Source: an uncultured delta proteobacterium
Lineage (GTDB): Bacteria > Myxococcota_A > Polyangia > Palsa-1104
Direction of reading: 5' to 3'
Assembly (NCBI GenBank): GCA_963785725.1
Contig: CAWAWS010000039.1
Span: 192,001 to 256,000 of the forward strand
Length of the DNA stretch: 64,000 bases
Below, piece after piece: positions 37,090 through 47,305 of the stretch (the first letter of the stretch is position 1; every line of letters begins with the position of its first letter). The translations under genes were made by a program, and so were the position numbers. The notes beneath the pieces were generated by a model. It saw nothing but the letters and a program-made list of their open reading frames with translations, was not told the DNA's origin and ran no database searches.

Positions 37090-40000
37090 TTAGAACTTGA
37101 CGTAGACGCGCGTCGAATAGTCGCCGTCGACGATCTCGCGTTCGATTTCGTGGGTCTCCCCGGTGCGCAACGAGTGCAGCCCGATTTTGTGCACGCCGGG
37201 CGTGACCGAGATGCGCTCGTCGTTGGGGCAGCTGAGCCCGCTGTCGGCGCCGTCGACGAGGATGCGCAGCTCGCCATGGCTGCGGCAACGCACCTTGAGC
37301 CCCGCCGGTCCAACGAGCGCCGGCGGCAGCTTCGCCGGCTCCAGCGTCAGCGACAGCGCCGCGCCGGCGTTGGCCGTAATGTCGCGCGTCAGCAGCTTGT
37401 GATGCTCGGCGGCGACGACGAGCTTGTGCGCGCCCGGCGTCAGCGTCAGCTGCGCCGGCGTGCTGCCGCGCGCCTCGCCGTCGATGAAGACGGCAGCCCC
37501 GGCAGGCACGCTGGTGACGCCGAAGCTGCCGCCGGCGGGCGTGTTCGTGATCGGCGACCACGTGGCGGTCGAACGCGGCGCCTCGACGGGCGCAGCTGCC
37601 GGCGGCGGACTCGCCGCGCCTCCTGCGTTTTGCATGCGCGCCATCGCCGCCAAATTCACGATCGCATGATTCGCGTTGCCGTTTGCGGCCGCCGCGTGCG
37701 CGGGCGGCTGATTCGTGGTCGCCGCAGTGCCGGCGGCGGACGTAGCGGCCGCCGCGCCGGCGACCGCGTTCGCGCCGCTCGCACCGACGACGCGCGTGCC
37801 TTTGCCGGCGCTCGCCGTGTCCGTGTTCGCCGCGCTCGCCGGGCCGCTTGCGCCAGTCGCCGCAGCGCCGGAGCTTGGCGCGGCAGTCGCTTTGTGGCTA
37901 TCGACCGCTGAAGTCGCGCCCAGAGCGTCATTGCGCGCCGTTCGAGCGGTGCCCGTCGTGTTGTCGCGCGCAGCCGAACTCGCACCGGCGGCGCCGTTCG
38001 CGGCAGCTGAAGTCGCACCGGCGGCGCCGTTCGCGGCAGCTGAAGTCGCACCGGCGGCGCCGTTCGCGGCAGCCGGAGTGCCGTTCGCCACAGCAGACGT
38101 CGCACCAGCGGCGCCGTTCGAGCCAGCCGAGGTCCTGCCGGCAGTGCCGTTCGTCACAGCGGACGTCGCACCAGCGGCGCCGTTCAACCCAGCCGGGGTC
38201 ATGCCAGCGACGCCGTTCGCGGCAGCGGACGTCGCCCCCGCAGCGCCGTTGACAGCCGCCGAAGTCATCTGTGCACTGCCGCCGCCGATTGACGCGGCCC
38301 CCTGCGGGCCGTTGTCGTTGCCCGCGGCTGAGCTTGCGCCTGCCACGCCATTGCGCCCAACGACGGCTGCGCCGTTGCGCGCGCTCGCGGGGGTTCCCGA
38401 CGAGGTCGTGCCACCCGTCGCTGCACCGGCGTTGGCGGTGGGTCCACCGTTCGTATTGGGTGCGACCGCGGCAGCGCCCGGCGCTCCGACCGCGACGCCG
38501 GTGGCTGCCGGACCGGTCGTCCCGCCCTTCGCTCCGGCCGCGGCCGACGCCTCGTTCGTCGTCGCAGTTGCGCCCTTCACGGCCGGCGCTGGCGCCTCGT
38601 TCGTCGCTCCCGGCGGCAACACGATCGTCGGCGGCCGATCGCCGCGCAAGCCTAGGAAGACCGCGGTTCCGCCCGCCAACGCCAGCCCGGCGATCGCCGC
38701 CATCGCGATCCAATTTGCCGCATTGCGCGGCGGCAGCTTCGTCCCCGGCACCGATGAGCGAATCGGCTCCACCGTTTCCCGGCGCCCCAACGACGGCTGC
38801 GCGAACACCGGCTCCGGCGATGGCAGCGACTGCGCCATCGCCGGAGGCGTCCACGACGCCTCGCCCGCGCCATCGCCGGGCGCGGCCGGCACCAAGCTCA
38901 GCGAGGGCGTGCCCGGCGAACGAGCGCCCGCCGTCGCGTCGCTGGTCATTTGCAGCGTGGCCGAGTCGCGATTCGCGACGGCTCGCCCGCTGGAATCGAC
39001 GAGCGCCAGCGACGAATTCCCCGCCACTGCCGACGGAGCCCCAAGCTCGCCATGGGCCGACTGGGCATCGGATGCATCGAATTGAACGGCTATGCCGCTG
39101 CTCGCCGGATCGGCCGCGGGCTCCTTCGCCGCCGCACGCAGCTCCGACTCCCCCGAGACTGACCAGCGATCGGTGCCGCTCGCCGGCGAAATCGTCCGCC
39201 GCCGCGCCGCCGCTTCGTCGACGGACTTGGTCGTGTCGTCGGCCGCGGCACGATCGGTCCGCTGACTCGCGCCGCTCCCCGCCGACGGCCCGCCGTTCGG
39301 CAGCGCCCGCTCGCCGTCGCCAGCATTCGCGTGCGCGGCGCGTCCCGCCGCCGACGGCAATGAATCGACCGCGGCTCGCGCCGGAAATTCGCCGACAGGC
39401 GGTGACGCCGCATCCTTGACGAACCGCGTGGTCGTCGCATCATCGGCCGCGGTCCGCTGGCGCTCGCTGTCGAGGAGGCTCGTCAGCGCGATGCGCGCGA
39501 CCGCGGTCGCACCGTTCGCGACCGGCGCGGGCTCCACCCGACCCGCGTCGTCCGCGCCCGATTCCGGTGTACGCGCCGCCGGACCCGCGCTCGCGCCCGG
39601 CCGTTCATCGGCATCATCGACGACGACATCGCCCCAATCATCCTCGGCCGCGGCTCTTGCACGATCACTCGCGCCCGCGTAGTGCCCGGCGATGACTGGG
39701 GCGTTGGCATCGTGAACATCCGCCGTCAGCTTCGCGCGCGCACCCGAGGCGACCGAATCTGCCGCCGACCGTGACTCCACTGACGCGACCGCCGAACGTA
39801 ACCCCAGCGCATCGGCGTGCTCGCGCCCGTCCGACGAGTCCGCGCGCTGTCCGCCCGCCGCAATGCTCGCGCGCTGCCCGACAGCCGCATCGCCCGCCGT
39901 CCGCTCGCCGATGTCCTCAGTAGCCAGTGTCGCTGCGAAATCGCGACCAACACCGCTGGGATCCGCGAATGGCAAGCCACCTCTCGCAGCAGCACCGGCA

Positions 40001-41787
40001 ACGCCGCGCGCATCACCTGCAGCTCCGCCGCCAACACCACGCCGATCACCCGCCGATCCGCCGCCAACACCGCTTGCACCACCAGACGCTGCGCCGCTCG
40101 CAATGCCTGCCGTTCGGCCGGCAACGCCACTTGCATGACTTGCCGCTTCGCCGAAGCCTCCGGCCAGGTTCGTCGCAGCGTCCGCCACTGCCGTCGTACG
40201 GGCGTTCGCGACTATAGCCGGGCCGAGATCGCCCACGCCCCGCGACGTACCGGCGTTCGCGACTATGTCCGAGCCGGCGTCGCCCACGCCCGGCGATGTA
40301 CCAGCGTTCGATCGCGCGCCCACCGACTGCGTCCCGGCGTTGACTCCAGTCGGGAATGCAGCAGCGCCGGAATGAGCACCGAGCGCCTCGGTCGTCGCCG
40401 CGACATCCGCAAACGCATCTGCGGTCGCGCTCGCGATCGTCGCGTCGACCGGGCCATTGGCACTGCTCGCGCCAACGGCTGCGTGCTCGCCGATCGACAT
40501 CGTCGCCAGCCGCGCACCGCCATGCTGGTCGTCGCCCACGCGTGGCATCCGATGCGTCTCGGCATCTTCGACGTGCACCGGCGGTGTCGTCCGCTCGGTC
40601 GTTGCGCCGGTGAGCTCGATCATGTCCTCCGGCCCGAGCGTCATCTCCGACGGCCCGATTCCGGCGAGCGTGTTCTGCCGCGGCACGGCCGCCATCGTTC
40701 CCGTCGTTCGTGAGGCGGGCGGCGCCCAAGGCCGCGCGCCCGTCGTTGCAGTCGTCGGCTCGGCATGCGCCATCGCGTCGCTCGGAATCGGCGGCGGCTT
40801 GCTCGGCGTCAATGGCGTCAGCAAATCGCCCGTCGTCATCGACATGCTAATCGCCGAAAACGCGCCCGTCCGACGCTCACGTGGCAACGCCAGCCGACGC
40901 ACGAGCGCGCTCAAATCCGAGTGTGCCCGCTCACTGCGACCGCGCACGACCTCTTGCAGCGCCACGCGCATCTCGCGCATCGTCGCAAAGCGCGCGGCCC
41001 GATCCGGCTGCAGCGCGCGCGTAATGATCTTTTGCAGCCGCGGATCCGCGGGCGGTGGCGGCGGCGGACCGGCCACGATCGACTGGCGCAGCTCGGCCGC
41101 GCGATCGCTGAAGAACACGCGCGCACCACCAGTCAGCTCATGCAGCAGCACGCCGAGCGAGAAAATGTCGGCACCGGCGTCCATGCCTTCGCCGCGCCAG
41201 ACCTCGGGCGCCAAGTAGGCCAGCGTCGGCGTCAGCGAATCGTCGTCGCTCCAGCCGGGCTGAATCATGCCCGTGAGCAGCCCAACATCGATGAGCTTGA
41301 GGCCGCCTTCATAGGTGACCATCACCGACTGCGCCGTCAGACCGAGGTGCAAGACGCCGTTGGGTCGCACGGTCGTGTGCGCGTGCGCATATTCGAGCGC
41401 CTCGGCTACATCGACGGCGATCGTCGCCGCCACATCGGCGGGCAGCGCTTCGCCGCGCATCTGCAGCAGATCGAGCAGCCGCCGCAAATCGAGCCCGCGA
41501 ACGAGATCGACGACGATATAGTAGTGCGCACCCTGAGCATTGACTTCGTGGACGCGGGTGATCCGTTGATGATCGAGCGCCGCGAACGCCGACGCTGCCT
41601 GCACGAAGCGCGTCACGAAGTTCTCGTCGGCGCTGAGTTGTAGATGTAACCGCTTGACCGCGAACTGCTTTTCGAAACCGGAGACGCCGTAGATCTTGGC
41701 GCGGAAGGTTTCGCCGAGCGGCCCCGATCCCAGCTGCTCGATGCAGTTGTACCGACCGAGGTAGAAGGTGCGACTGTTCGAATCCAT
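37090..41787 (-). CDS. Ser/Thr kinase-like (pseudokinase) membrane protein with low-complexity linkers and PEGA domain
   Basis: LGSGPLG, FAVKRL, HLGLTAQS, DVG, YLAPE, ADIFSLG; one TM; VTSVPAGAAVFIDG..G.TP PEGA motif. Confidence 0.85.
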   Translation of the reverse strand: MDSNSRTFYLGRYNCIEQLGSGPLGETFRAKIYGVSGFEKQFAVKRLHLQLSADENFVTRFVQAASAFAALDHQRITRVHEVNAQGAHYYIVVDLVRGLDLRRLLDLLQMRGEALPADVAATIAVDVAEALEYAHAHTTVRPNGVLHLGLTAQSVMVTYEGGLKLIDVGLLTGMIQPGWSDDDSLTPTLAYLAPEVWRGEGMDAGADIFSLGVLLHELTGGARVFFSDRAAELRQSIVAGPPPPPPADPRLQKIITRALQPDRAARFATMREMRVALQEVVRGRSERAHSDLSALVRRLALPRERRTGAFSAISMSMTTGDLLTPLTPSKPPPIPSDAMAHAEPTTATTGARPWAPPASRTTGTMAAVPRQNTLAGIGPSEMTLGPEDMIELTGATTERTTPPVHVEDAETHRMPRVGDDQHGGARLATMSIGEHAAVGASSANGPVDATIASATADAFADVAATTEALGAHSGAAAFPTGVNAGTQSVGARSNAGTSPGVGDAGSDIVANAGTSRGVGDLGPAIVANARTTAVADAATNLAGGFGEAASHASGVAGRTAGIASGAASGGASGVGGGSAGDRRGVGGGAAGDARGVAGAAARGGLPFADPSGVGRDFAATLATEDIGERTAGDAAVGQRASIAAGGQRADSSDGREHADALGLRSAVASVESRSAADSVASGARAKLTADVHDANAPVIAGHYAGASDRARAAAEDDWGDVVVDDADERPGASAGPAARTPESGADDAGRVEPAPVANGATAVARIALTSLLDSERQRTAADDATTTRFVKDAASPPVGEFPARAAVDSLPSAAGRAAHANAGDGERALPNGGPSAGSGASQRTDRAAADDTTKSVDEAAARRRTISPASGTDRWSVSGESELRAAAKEPAADPASSGIAVQFDASDAQSAHGELGAPSAVAGNSSLALVDSSGRAVANRDSATLQMTSDATAGARSPGTPSLSLVPAAPGDGAGEASWTPPAMAQSLPSPEPVFAQPSLGRRETVEPIRSSVPGTKLPPRNAANWIAMAAIAGLALAGGTAVFLGLRGDRPPTIVLPPGATNEAPAPAVKGATATTNEASAAAGAKGGTTGPAATGVAVGAPGAAAVAPNTNGGPTANAGAATGGTTSSGTPASARNGAAVVGRNGVAGASSAAGNDNGPQGAASIGGGSAQMTSAAVNGAAGATSAAANGVAGMTPAGLNGAAGATSAVTNGTAGRTSAGSNGAAGATSAVANGTPAAANGAAGATSAAANGAAGATSAAANGAAGASSAARDNTTGTARTARNDALGATSAVDSHKATAAPSSGAAATGASGPASAANTDTASAGKGTRVVGASGANAVAGAAAATSAAGTAATTNQPPAHAAAANGNANHAIVNLAAMARMQNAGGAASPPPAAAPVEAPRSTATWSPITNTPAGGSFGVTSVPAGAAVFIDGEARGSTPAQLTLTPGAHKLVVAAEHHKLLTRDITANAGAALSLTLEPAKLPPALVGPAGLKVRCRSHGELRILVDGADSGLSCPNDERISVTPGVHKIGLHSLRTGETHEIEREIVDGDYSTRVYVKF
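37975..38270. repeat. 33-nt coding tandem repeat (AAANGAAGATS)
   Basis: GCACCGGCGGCGCCGTTCGCGGCAGCTGAAGTC exact at 37982 and 38015, followed by degenerate copies. Confidence 0.85.
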
Positions 41788-41858
41788 ACCCGGGCGATAT
41801 CGTACCACGGCGCGGGTCGGATTTGCCCACCGCGGCTCTTTACCGCTATGCTGGAATC

Positions 41859-43010
41859 GTGCAGCTGTCGCAGGAAATCGAGCTCCTGCGCGCGCAGACG
41901 CGTCGCCTGGTCGATCGTGAGCTGCGACCGCGGACGCTCGAGATCGAACGGGAACGTCGCATTCCCGACGAGATCGTCGTGCGCCTGCGGGAATTGGGCT
42001 ACTTCGGGCTAACGATTCCGGAGCGCTACGGCGGCCTCGGCCTTTCGACGCTGGCGCATCTCGTCGTGCAAGAGGAGCTCGGTCGCGCTCACGCCAGTAT
42101 CAACATGTTGATATCCGGCAACAACGGTATCGGCGTCATGGCGCTGGTCCTCCATGGCACCGACGCCCAGAAGGATCGCTGGTTGCCGAACCTCGCATCC
42201 GGCCAGTGGCTGGCGGCGTTCGCCCTGACCGAGCCCAACGCCGGCTCCGACGCGCAAGCCATCGAGACGCGTGCTATCCGGTCCGGCGACGACTTCATCC
42301 TCAACGGCACGAAGCACTACATTTCGCGCGGGGACATCGCCCATTTGATCACGGTCTTTGCCGTGACCGACAGCGTCACGCGTGCGCGCGGCGGCATCAC
42401 CGCTTTCATCGTCGAAAAAGGAACGGCAGGATTCACGGTCGCGCGCATCCAAGAATCGATGGGTTCCGACGCCGTCAAACAGGCTGAGCTCGTCTTCGAG
42501 GACTGTCGCGTCTCCGCGGATCACGTCGTCGGCGAGGTTGGCCAAGGCTTCGCAACCGCCATGCGCGTCCTCGATCTCGGTCGCCTCTCTTTAGCCGCTC
42601 GATGTCTTGGCACCATGGAGGAGCTGCTGGCGCTCTCAGCAGCGCACGCCAGCCAGCGCGTCCAGTTCGGCAAGCCGATCGCCGATCAACCCGTCATCCA
42701 ACACATGCTCGCCGACACGGCGACCGACATCGCCATGTTGCGTCCTGCGCTCTACGACGCTGCCAGTCGCCGTGACGGCGGCGATACGGTGACTCAGGCG
42801 GCCGCAATGCTTAAATTATTCGCATCAGAGGCGTTGGGACGCGCGGCCGACCGTGCCGTGCAGATCCATGGCGGCATGGGCTTCATGCGCGACTGCGCCG
42901 TCGAAGGAATCTACCGGGAAGCGCGAATGATGAGGATCGTTGAAGGCACCAGCGAGATCCAGCGACTGCTGATCGCGCGCGGCGTCCTGGAAGGATATCG
43001 GGCAACTTGA
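41859..43010 (+). CDS. Acyl-CoA dehydrogenase
   Basis: FALTEPNAGSD, LNGTKHYIS, RVQFGKPI, QIHGGMG, RIVEGTSEIQR. Confidence 0.95.
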   Translation: MQLSQEIELLRAQTRRLVDRELRPRTLEIERERRIPDEIVVRLRELGYFGLTIPERYGGLGLSTLAHLVVQEELGRAHASINMLISGNNGIGVMALVLHGTDAQKDRWLPNLASGQWLAAFALTEPNAGSDAQAIETRAIRSGDDFILNGTKHYISRGDIAHLITVFAVTDSVTRARGGITAFIVEKGTAGFTVARIQESMGSDAVKQAELVFEDCRVSADHVVGEVGQGFATAMRVLDLGRLSLAARCLGTMEELLALSAAHASQRVQFGKPIADQPVIQHMLADTATDIAMLRPALYDAASRRDGGDTVTQAAAMLKLFASEALGRAADRAVQIHGGMGFMRDCAVEGIYREARMMRIVEGTSEIQRLLIARGVLEGYRAT

Positions 43011-43798
43011 GGTCGAAAAAGGAAAGCGAAGACTCGTATCTCGGCCGGTTCGCGCAGCTCCTGAAGCGTCCGGGCATCCGCCTGCGTCGCATCGACACGG
43101 CTGTGCGTCACGACCTCTACGGCGCGCGCCACGCGATCTCCTATGTTCGCCATCTCGCGCGCGGCAACCGCATCAAACGAAAGGCTTTTTTCGACACAGT
43201 CGACGAGTCGCGGCCGCCCGTCTTGCTCATCCACGGCTACTTGGGAACGCGCGGCTCGATGTACATTCTCGAACGCCGGCTCAACGACGACGGCGTGTGC
43301 GTTTTCTCGTTCAATCTTGGTTCTTTGAACGTACGAGACATCCGGACCTCAGCCTTCTTGATCCATCGAAAGATCGAATCGATCCTTGCTCAGACATCAG
43401 TCAAGAAGATCGACATCATCGGCCATTCGATGGGCGGCCTCATTGGGCTCTACTACGTCAAGAAGCTCGGCGGGCACGAACGCGTCCGCAAGCTAGTGAT
43501 GATGGGCACTCCACAGCGTGGAACCTGGTCAGCGCTGCTCGGTATCGCGGTCGTGGGACTTATTTCGTCGAGCGCGTGGCAGCTTCTGCCAGGCAGCCGC
43601 TTCCTGAAGGAGTTGGCCGCAGGAGCTCTACCGGCGAACGTCCAGTACTTCACGATCGCAGCGGAGCGCGATTGGGTCTGCCCGGTGGAGTGTACGCCGC
43701 TCGAAGGCGCCGAGTCCCTAACGGTTCCGCTCGGTCACTCGTCGTTGGTCATGAGCGAGGACGTCTATCGACATGTCCTGTACGCGCTGAGGAAATAG
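43007..43798 (+). CDS. Alpha/beta hydrolase (lipase/esterase-like)
   Basis: PVLLIHG, GHSMGG nucleophile elbow, Asp and GH near the C-terminus. Confidence 0.88.
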   Translation: MRSKKESEDSYLGRFAQLLKRPGIRLRRIDTAVRHDLYGARHAISYVRHLARGNRIKRKAFFDTVDESRPPVLLIHGYLGTRGSMYILERRLNDDGVCVFSFNLGSLNVRDIRTSAFLIHRKIESILAQTSVKKIDIIGHSMGGLIGLYYVKKLGGHERVRKLVMMGTPQRGTWSALLGIAVVGLISSSAWQLLPGSRFLKELAAGALPANVQYFTIAAERDWVCPVECTPLEGAESLTVPLGHSSLVMSEDVYRHVLYALRK

Positions 43799-43823
43799 CT
43801 TTCCTCTTCGCGCGTAGACCCCG

Positions 43824-43839
43824 TGGCATGCGCGTTGCT
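43824..43839 (+). promoter_or_regulatory. Putative sigma54 promoter of clpX
   Basis: TGGCATGCGCGTTGCT, near-consensus GG-N10-GC. Confidence 0.7.
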
Positions 43840-43854
43840 CGACGTACAGGTGGG

Positions 43855-45084
43855 ATGAGTTACCAGCGAGACCCTCAAGATCGTCGTTGTGCCTTCTGTG
43901 GTCGACCGCGCCAAGAGGTCAAGAAGCTCGTGGCCGGGCCCAACGTCTACATCTGCGATCGCTGCGTGATCGTCTGCCGCCACCTGTTGGCCGAAGAGCG
44001 TCCGAGCAGTCCGCCGGTCTCGCTTCCTTCTCCGACTGCCTCACGGCCGCAGAAGCCCAAAGAGATCAAGGCACACCTCGACCAATGGGTTATTGGCCAA
44101 GAGCGAGCGAAGCGAATGCTCTCGGTGGCTGTCTACAATCATATGAAGCGAGTGCAGCTACGCGATGAGTCGAGTGACATCGAGCTGACGAAGGCAAACA
44201 TCGTTCTCATTGGTCCGACGGGAACCGGTAAGACGCATTTGGCGCGAACGCTGGCGAAGATGCTGGACGTGCCGTTCACCATCGCCGACGCCACGCCGCT
44301 GACGCAGGCCGGCTACGTCGGTGAAGATGTCGAATCAATCGTCGCGAAGCTGCTGCGTGCCGCCGACAATGACGTGGCGCGCGCGCAGCGGGGCATCATT
44401 TACCTCGACGAGATCGACAAGCTCGCCAGGCGACCCGGCCACGACCGAGATGTTTCCGGCGAAGGCGTTCAGCAGGGTCTGTTGAAGCTTCTCGAGGGCA
44501 AGAAAGTAATCGTTCGGCTGGGAGCCGACAAGAACGGCATGGGCGGCGAGACCATCGAGGTCGACACCTCGAACATTCTATTCGTCGCGGGCGGTGCGTT
44601 CGAAGGCATCCAGCAGCGAATCGCCGAGCGAAAACATCACAAGCACACCGGCTTTTTGTCGAAGTCCGAAGCGAGCGATGAGCAGCAGACGGACCAAGAC
44701 ATCATGCCCGAGGATCTACAGAAGTTCGGGCTGCTACCGGAGTTCGTGGGGCGTTTCCCGGTGCGCGTCGGATTGTGTCCGCTCGACGAGCAAATGTTGG
44801 CGCGCATCCTCACCGAGCCGAAGGACGCGCTCCTCAAGCAGTACCAACGACTATTCGCGATGGACGACGCCAGCCTCGAATGTACGCACGGCGGGCTGTT
44901 GGCGATTGCCCGGCAGTCGCTCGCGCGCAAGGCCGGCGCGCGCGGTCTACGCGCCGTGCTTGAGGAGCTGCTGCTCGACAGCATGTTCGATTTGCCGTCG
45001 AACAAGGGCGGCCGTTTCGTGATCGACGAGCACGCGGTATCCGTCGGCAACGTCAAGTGCGATCGGGCCCGTTCGGCCGCGTAA
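43855..45084 (+). CDS. clpX: ATP-dependent Clp protease ATPase ClpX (divergent paralog)
   Basis: CAFC..CDRC zinc finger, GPTGTGKT, AGYVGEDVE, LDEIDK, RDVSGEGVQQ, GARGLR. Confidence 0.93.
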   Translation: MSYQRDPQDRRCAFCGRPRQEVKKLVAGPNVYICDRCVIVCRHLLAEERPSSPPVSLPSPTASRPQKPKEIKAHLDQWVIGQERAKRMLSVAVYNHMKRVQLRDESSDIELTKANIVLIGPTGTGKTHLARTLAKMLDVPFTIADATPLTQAGYVGEDVESIVAKLLRAADNDVARAQRGIIYLDEIDKLARRPGHDRDVSGEGVQQGLLKLLEGKKVIVRLGADKNGMGGETIEVDTSNILFVAGGAFEGIQQRIAERKHHKHTGFLSKSEASDEQQTDQDIMPEDLQKFGLLPEFVGRFPVRVGLCPLDEQMLARILTEPKDALLKQYQRLFAMDDASLECTHGGLLAIARQSLARKAGARGLRAVLEELLLDSMFDLPSNKGGRFVIDEHAVSVGNVKCDRARSAA

Positions 45085-45266
45085 GAACGGGCTCGCTCCG
45101 CGGCGTGAATGCCGGCTCCTTCGCCCGCGTGGAAAGAGGGCTCGTTCGGCCGCGCGAAGGCGGCTCGTTCGGCCGTGTGAATGCCGCTCGTTCGGACCGC
45201 GTCTCGTTCGGCCGTGTGAATACCGGCTCGTTCGACCGCGTGAATGCCGACTCGCTCAGCCGCGAG
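45064..45266. repeat. Degenerate ~24-nt tandem array, about 9 units
   Basis: Consensus about CCGGCTCGTTCGGCCGCGTGAATG; units start near 45064, 45088, 45112, 45136, 45161, 45184, 45203, 45223 and 45247. Confidence 0.85.
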
Positions 45267-45491
45267 TTGGACTGTCATGCGTCGCGAGCCCGTGGCGCAA
45301 AGGTGGTTGGAACCTCAACCCTCGTCCGAAATTCTTCCAGTGTGCCAATGCGCTGCGCGGAACACGGCTGGCCAGAAAGCGCATATCTCGCGAATCAGCG
45401 GACAGACTGCAGCCAACGCAACTCGAAGCGTTGGCTATTGTGACGAGAAACGGAGCTTCGGAACCTGGCTTCGGGGTCTTGATTCGGCTCA

Positions 45492-45720
45492 AAGCAGCGC
45501 ATCTCACGCAGCGAGACCGATCTTCAAAACCAGACTGCCGAATTTGGCGCAGCTCTAAGCGGCTCATCTCACACAAAGCGAGACAAATCTCAAAATCAGC
45601 CGCCAAATCCTCGGAGCAGGTTGAAGCAGCTTAATGCGGGATGGATCTTCAAGCTTGCCGCCGAATCCTCGGAGCGGATCGAAGCCTCCTGCCACGCGAG
45701 ACGATCAATCAGAGCCACGA
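45492..45720. repeat. Degenerate 58-67-nt tandem array, 3-4 units
   Basis: Units start AAGC at 45492, 45557, 45624 and 45682; shared GCGAGAC..ATCT(T)CAA..GCC(G/A)AAT; AATCCTCGGAGC exact twice. Confidence 0.65.
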
Positions 45721-46257
45721 TGCCGCGTCGTGGAGCAGATCGAACCGAACAGACACGCGAAGCGCGGTTGGGTCGGTGTGGATCCCGCCGCTTTGAGGGT
45801 TCTGTCCCGCGAGGTTCCGATCGTTGGCAGCGTCTGCGGACGGGCACTCACTATCGTCGACAATCGCGGGTCGCCGCGCTCGAACGAACGCGATTTCCGC
45901 CGGGGTTCCGTGCCGCGAATTTCTTTCGATCCTTCGTGGCGTTGCGAGGCTTCCGTCGGTAGCCGGCGACCGACGGCATCGTCCGGCCGACGCCCACGAC
46001 GTCGTATGGAGCACGTCGCGCGCCACGATGACTCACGGTCAGTCTCGGCGTTGCCGCGGCGTTGCCGCAATTCCCGCCGTTGCCGCGGAGCTGCGTCGTG
46101 CCTGCGATCGAACCCTGCGCCGGCGACGCGCAGATCAACAATGCGATCCCAACGATCCATAGCCCGAGCTTGAGGCGACGAGCGAGCGACATGGCCAGGC
46201 GCCCACATCGACGCAGCGACCACGCAACGAGGCCGACGAACGCGACGATGATCGAGG

Positions 46258-47187
46258 CTAGCGACGAACGGTGACGTAATCGCGCTGAATCAGCGTCAAC
46301 AGCGTCTGCGCCGTTTCTAGATCCGTCCGCGGGCTGCGATCGAGCACAGCCTGGAATTGGCCGTAATTGATCACCAACTGCAGCGTATCCAACTCGTTCG
46401 GCTTCAGCTCGCTCAGCGCCGGCTGCACCGGCGACGGCAGGCCCAGCCCATCCTCGCGCGACGGCAGGTCGTTCAAGATCCGGTTGTACTCGTCGAGTTG
46501 GCGCATGCCTTCCATCAGCAGCGCTTCCGTCGAGTCCTGAATCTCCTCCAGCACCGACTTCTCGTCCGGCGGCTCGAGCTCGAACGTCCCCGTCGCCCAC
46601 GTCAACAGACGGAAGGCCGCTTTGCGCGGCGACAGATCGTACGAGTCGTCGATCGTCGAGTAGTAGATCTGACCCTTGCGCAGGTAGATCCTTCCGTGGC
46701 CGCCTTCGCCGCGCACGGAGAGAACACCCGACTTCCGGCTCGTGGATAACAATTGCAGAAGATCGGGGAGCGGGATCTCGTCGATCGAGCCCGACATCGG
46801 CTTGTTCGCACCCGAGACGTTCCGTCGCTGGCCCGTCGCTTCCAGCCGCTGACGCGCCTCGCCCTCCGTTACCACTTGCGCCGCATCCACCGGCACCAGC
46901 TTGATGATCGACGTCCCGATCAGGATTCGATCGCCTTCCTTCAGGCGAACTTTCTTGATCTTCTCGCCGTTTACGAAGGTTCCGTTGGTCGAGCCCAGGT
47001 CCTGGATGATGATCTGGTCGCCGGCCGTGGTGATCTTGGCGTGCTTGCGCGACACCATGTCCTCCACGAGGACCATGTCCAGCTCGCTGGACCGGCCGAC
47101 AATGATCTCTCGGTCCATCCGCAGCGGAAATTCCCCGCCCTGATATTTGCCCGAGATGAATCTTAGCGCGTAGGAGGTCGTCGGCAC
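46258..47187 (-). CDS. FHA + DUF4388 domain protein
   Basis: IVGR, VSRKHA and DLGSTNGT FHA motifs; GSIDEIPLPDLLQLL..KSGVL DUF4388-like. Start uncertain. Confidence 0.88.
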   Translation of the reverse strand: MPTTSYALRFISGKYQGGEFPLRMDREIIVGRSSELDMVLVEDMVSRKHAKITTAGDQIIIQDLGSTNGTFVNGEKIKKVRLKEGDRILIGTSIIKLVPVDAAQVVTEGEARQRLEATGQRRNVSGANKPMSGSIDEIPLPDLLQLLSTSRKSGVLSVRGEGGHGRIYLRKGQIYYSTIDDSYDLSPRKAAFRLLTWATGTFELEPPDEKSVLEEIQDSTEALLMEGMRQLDEYNRILNDLPSREDGLGLPSPVQPALSELKPNELDTLQLVINYGQFQAVLDRSPRTDLETAQTLLTLIQRDYVTVRR

Positions 47188-47305
47188 GGTCGGCGGTTCC
47201 GCGGTCTGGCGTGTGATGATACCGAGCCCGCGTGTCGAAGTCAAAACGCTCGCTCGGAGTTTCGTCGGGTTGGGTGCATGCGACCATCATGTTACCGTCC
47301 GACGA

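Noticed and set aside
45064..45720. CRISPR array
   Set aside because: Units are degenerate and contiguous with no unique spacers, and there are no cas genes in the window.
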